A stretch of 64,000 nucleotides of DNA from Nitrososphaerales archaeon (lineage in GTDB: Archaea; Thermoproteota; Nitrososphaeria; Nitrososphaerales; UBA213): NCBI GenBank assembly GCA_965197925.1, contig CBDAOC010000019.1, positions 192,001 through 256,000 on the forward strand, given 5' to 3'. Positions 62,366 to 64,000 of the stretch are shown here, piece by piece (position 1 is the stretch's first letter; each line of letters begins with the position of its first letter). The notes beneath the pieces were generated by a model. That model did no database searches. It was not told the origin of the DNA and saw nothing but the letters and a program-made list of their open reading frames with translations. The position numbers and the translations under genes were made by a program.

Positions 62366-62971
62366 TTAATTCCTTTTTGTTAAAACCCTTCTAACATATT
62401 TTCCTAAAATGTCTACTTCAATATTTACGTGATGACCTTTTTTCTTCGAACCAAGCGTTGTTTGTGCAATAGTATGAGGAATCAGCGCTACTGACAGCCT
62501 GTCGTTCTTGGAATCTATAATTGTTAAGCTTACTCCGTCAATTGCAACCGAACCTTTTGGGACAATATATTTCGATAATTGCTTATTTAGTGAAATCCAT
62601 ATTTTCATCTGATCCTTCTGCTTTACCTTATCAATTATCTTGCCTTGACCATCAATATGTCCAAGAACGAAATGACCATCAATTGTATCGCCAGCTTTTA
62701 GGCTATGTTCAATATTTACCATCTCTCCGGGTATCAATGAACCTAAAGAGGTTTTTTTTACAGTTTCACTGATCAATTCAAAAATCGCCTTTTTTTTATT
62801 TAATTTTGTGATTGTCAAGCAGGCACCGTTTATAGATACGCTGTCACCAACTTTAACTCTGCGGGATGATCTGCCAAGATCTACTGTTAGTTGAGCAGCT
62901 CTTCCTCTACCTCTAATTTTCGAAATATCTTCTACCCGTCCTAGAACTTGAATTATCCCTGTAAACATCAT
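62366..62971 (-). CDS. ribE: riboflavin synthase, bacterial alpha-chain type
   Basis: MFTGII N-terminus, GDSVSINGACLT, GHFVLGHIDG, KGSVAIDGVSLT, VNIEVD. Confidence 0.93.
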   Translation of the reverse strand: MMFTGIIQVLGRVEDISKIRGRGRAAQLTVDLGRSSRRVKVGDSVSINGACLTITKLNKKKAIFELISETVKKTSLGSLIPGEMVNIEHSLKAGDTIDGHFVLGHIDGQGKIIDKVKQKDQMKIWISLNKQLSKYIVPKGSVAIDGVSLTIIDSKNDRLSVALIPHTIAQTTLGSKKKGHHVNIEVDILGKYVRRVLTKRN

Positions 62972-62983
62972 ATAAATTGCAAA

Positions 62984-63859
62984 TTAAACATTATAAAAAC
63001 CATTTACAGCGTCCAGTAAGGCCTTCGCCCTTTTGTAATGCACCATATCTAGCATCTTACCCTCGAGTCGGATAGCTCCTTGACCCTTGCTCATGGCATC
63101 ACTTAAGGTATCAAATACCTTCTTGGCCCAATCAACTTCCTCCTTATTTGGCACAAATATTTTGTGGACTGGTTCAATTTGAGATGGATGTATTATGCTC
63201 TTGCCTTTGTAGCCAAGTTTCATACCAACTGTGGCATCCTTGATCAAACCACTTGAATCATCCACCTTCTGCCATATTGAGTCTATAGCATATACACCAG
63301 CAGCCCTTGCATCTACGGGTATTTTTGCCCTTACATAGTTGTATTCCACACTATCTTCAATATAATCAAGACCCATATCCAAGAGAAAATCAAAAATTCC
63401 AAAAACAAGAGCCGATACTCGTGTACTTGCATTTGCAATTTGAAAGGCATTAACTACACCTAAGGCGCTCTCTATCGAAGGTATCATTTCTATACTACCA
63501 CCCTCAATAGAATGCTCCTTTTCAAGATCTGTTATCCATTTAGATAATTCAATAATTTCGTTTGAATCATTCGTTTTGGGTATCACCACACCATCAATAC
63601 CATTGATTACAACCGCCATAAGATCCTCGTATGCAATTCCAGAATCAAAAGGATTGATTCTAATATACACCTCTCCCTTGAATTCAGATCGACTTTTTAA
63701 TACTTCCATTACCATTTTTCTTGCGGATTCTTTTTCATTGCTGGGCACAGAATCCTCCAAGTCTAGACAAATAATATCAGCATTCAATAATTTGGCTTTT
63801 TCAATGAACCGACTATTATTCCCTGGAACAAATAAAAAACTCCTAAGTAGCCTTGCCAT
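62984..63859 (-). CDS. CitE/HpcH-family CoA-ester lyase
   Basis: RSFLFVPG, DLEDSV, IESA.G, GK..IHPSQI, G.MLD. Confidence 0.9.
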   Translation of the reverse strand: MARLLRSFLFVPGNNSRFIEKAKLLNADIICLDLEDSVPSNEKESARKMVMEVLKSRSEFKGEVYIRINPFDSGIAYEDLMAVVINGIDGVVIPKTNDSNEIIELSKWITDLEKEHSIEGGSIEMIPSIESALGVVNAFQIANASTRVSALVFGIFDFLLDMGLDYIEDSVEYNYVRAKIPVDARAAGVYAIDSIWQKVDDSSGLIKDATVGMKLGYKGKSIIHPSQIEPVHKIFVPNKEEVDWAKKVFDTLSDAMSKGQGAIRLEGKMLDMVHYKRAKALLDAVNGFYNV

Positions 63860-64000
63860 ATTGGGAATAGCAATGAAGGAAGTTAAATTGGTTATGAAAT
63901 AAAAAAAAGATTAGACAAGTTCTTCTAATTCTCTTTCCGCATTATCCTAAGGGTATGGTATGATGTCTATATTTTTTGTGGAGTAGTAACAAGCTTACCG

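Noticed and set aside
63905..64000. 3' end of a gene entering from the right edge
   Set aside because: All three minus-strand frames stop within 60 nt; frame and identity cannot be determined
1..64000. tRNA, rRNA, SRP RNA or RNase P RNA genes
   Set aside because: No cloverleaf/T-loop or long GC-rich structured region found by eye; a covariance-model scan would be needed to exclude them

Overview
Archaeal chromosomal segment. The gene set (S25e, L13e, L19e/L32e, Rpo6, TFE, Spt5, SecE/SecY, EndA, Trm56, GTP cyclohydrolase III, short PEF-type surface proteins) and the gene order fit Nitrososphaerota (Thaumarchaeota). Intact housekeeping blocks cover translation and secretion genes, DNA ligase, sod, argF, hflX-trm56-tfe and a riboflavin operon. 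Between them lie AT-rich decayed stretches with at least six IS families (one a clean nested insertion with target-site duplications) and several pseudogenes (NhaP-type antiporter, MatB-like acyl-CoA synthetase, a beta-propeller). The main signal is a shattered head-tail provirus. Its relics are a prohead-protease-like fragment and a terminase nuclease gene that appears stand-alone and translationally coupled (26-27 kb), the 3' part of an HK97-type major capsid gene (50.8-51.2 kb) and a tyrosine-integrase 5' part (55.7-56.0 kb). Also notable: an amidohydrolase inside the riboflavin operon (candidate for an unassigned pathway step), no intact adk between secY and DUF106, an insertion splitting rpl30 from rpl15, an IPCT/DIPPS fusion and a Sec-signal RTX-repeat protein. 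No tRNA, rRNA or CRISPR array was recognised. All family calls come from motif recognition by eye, not database searches.
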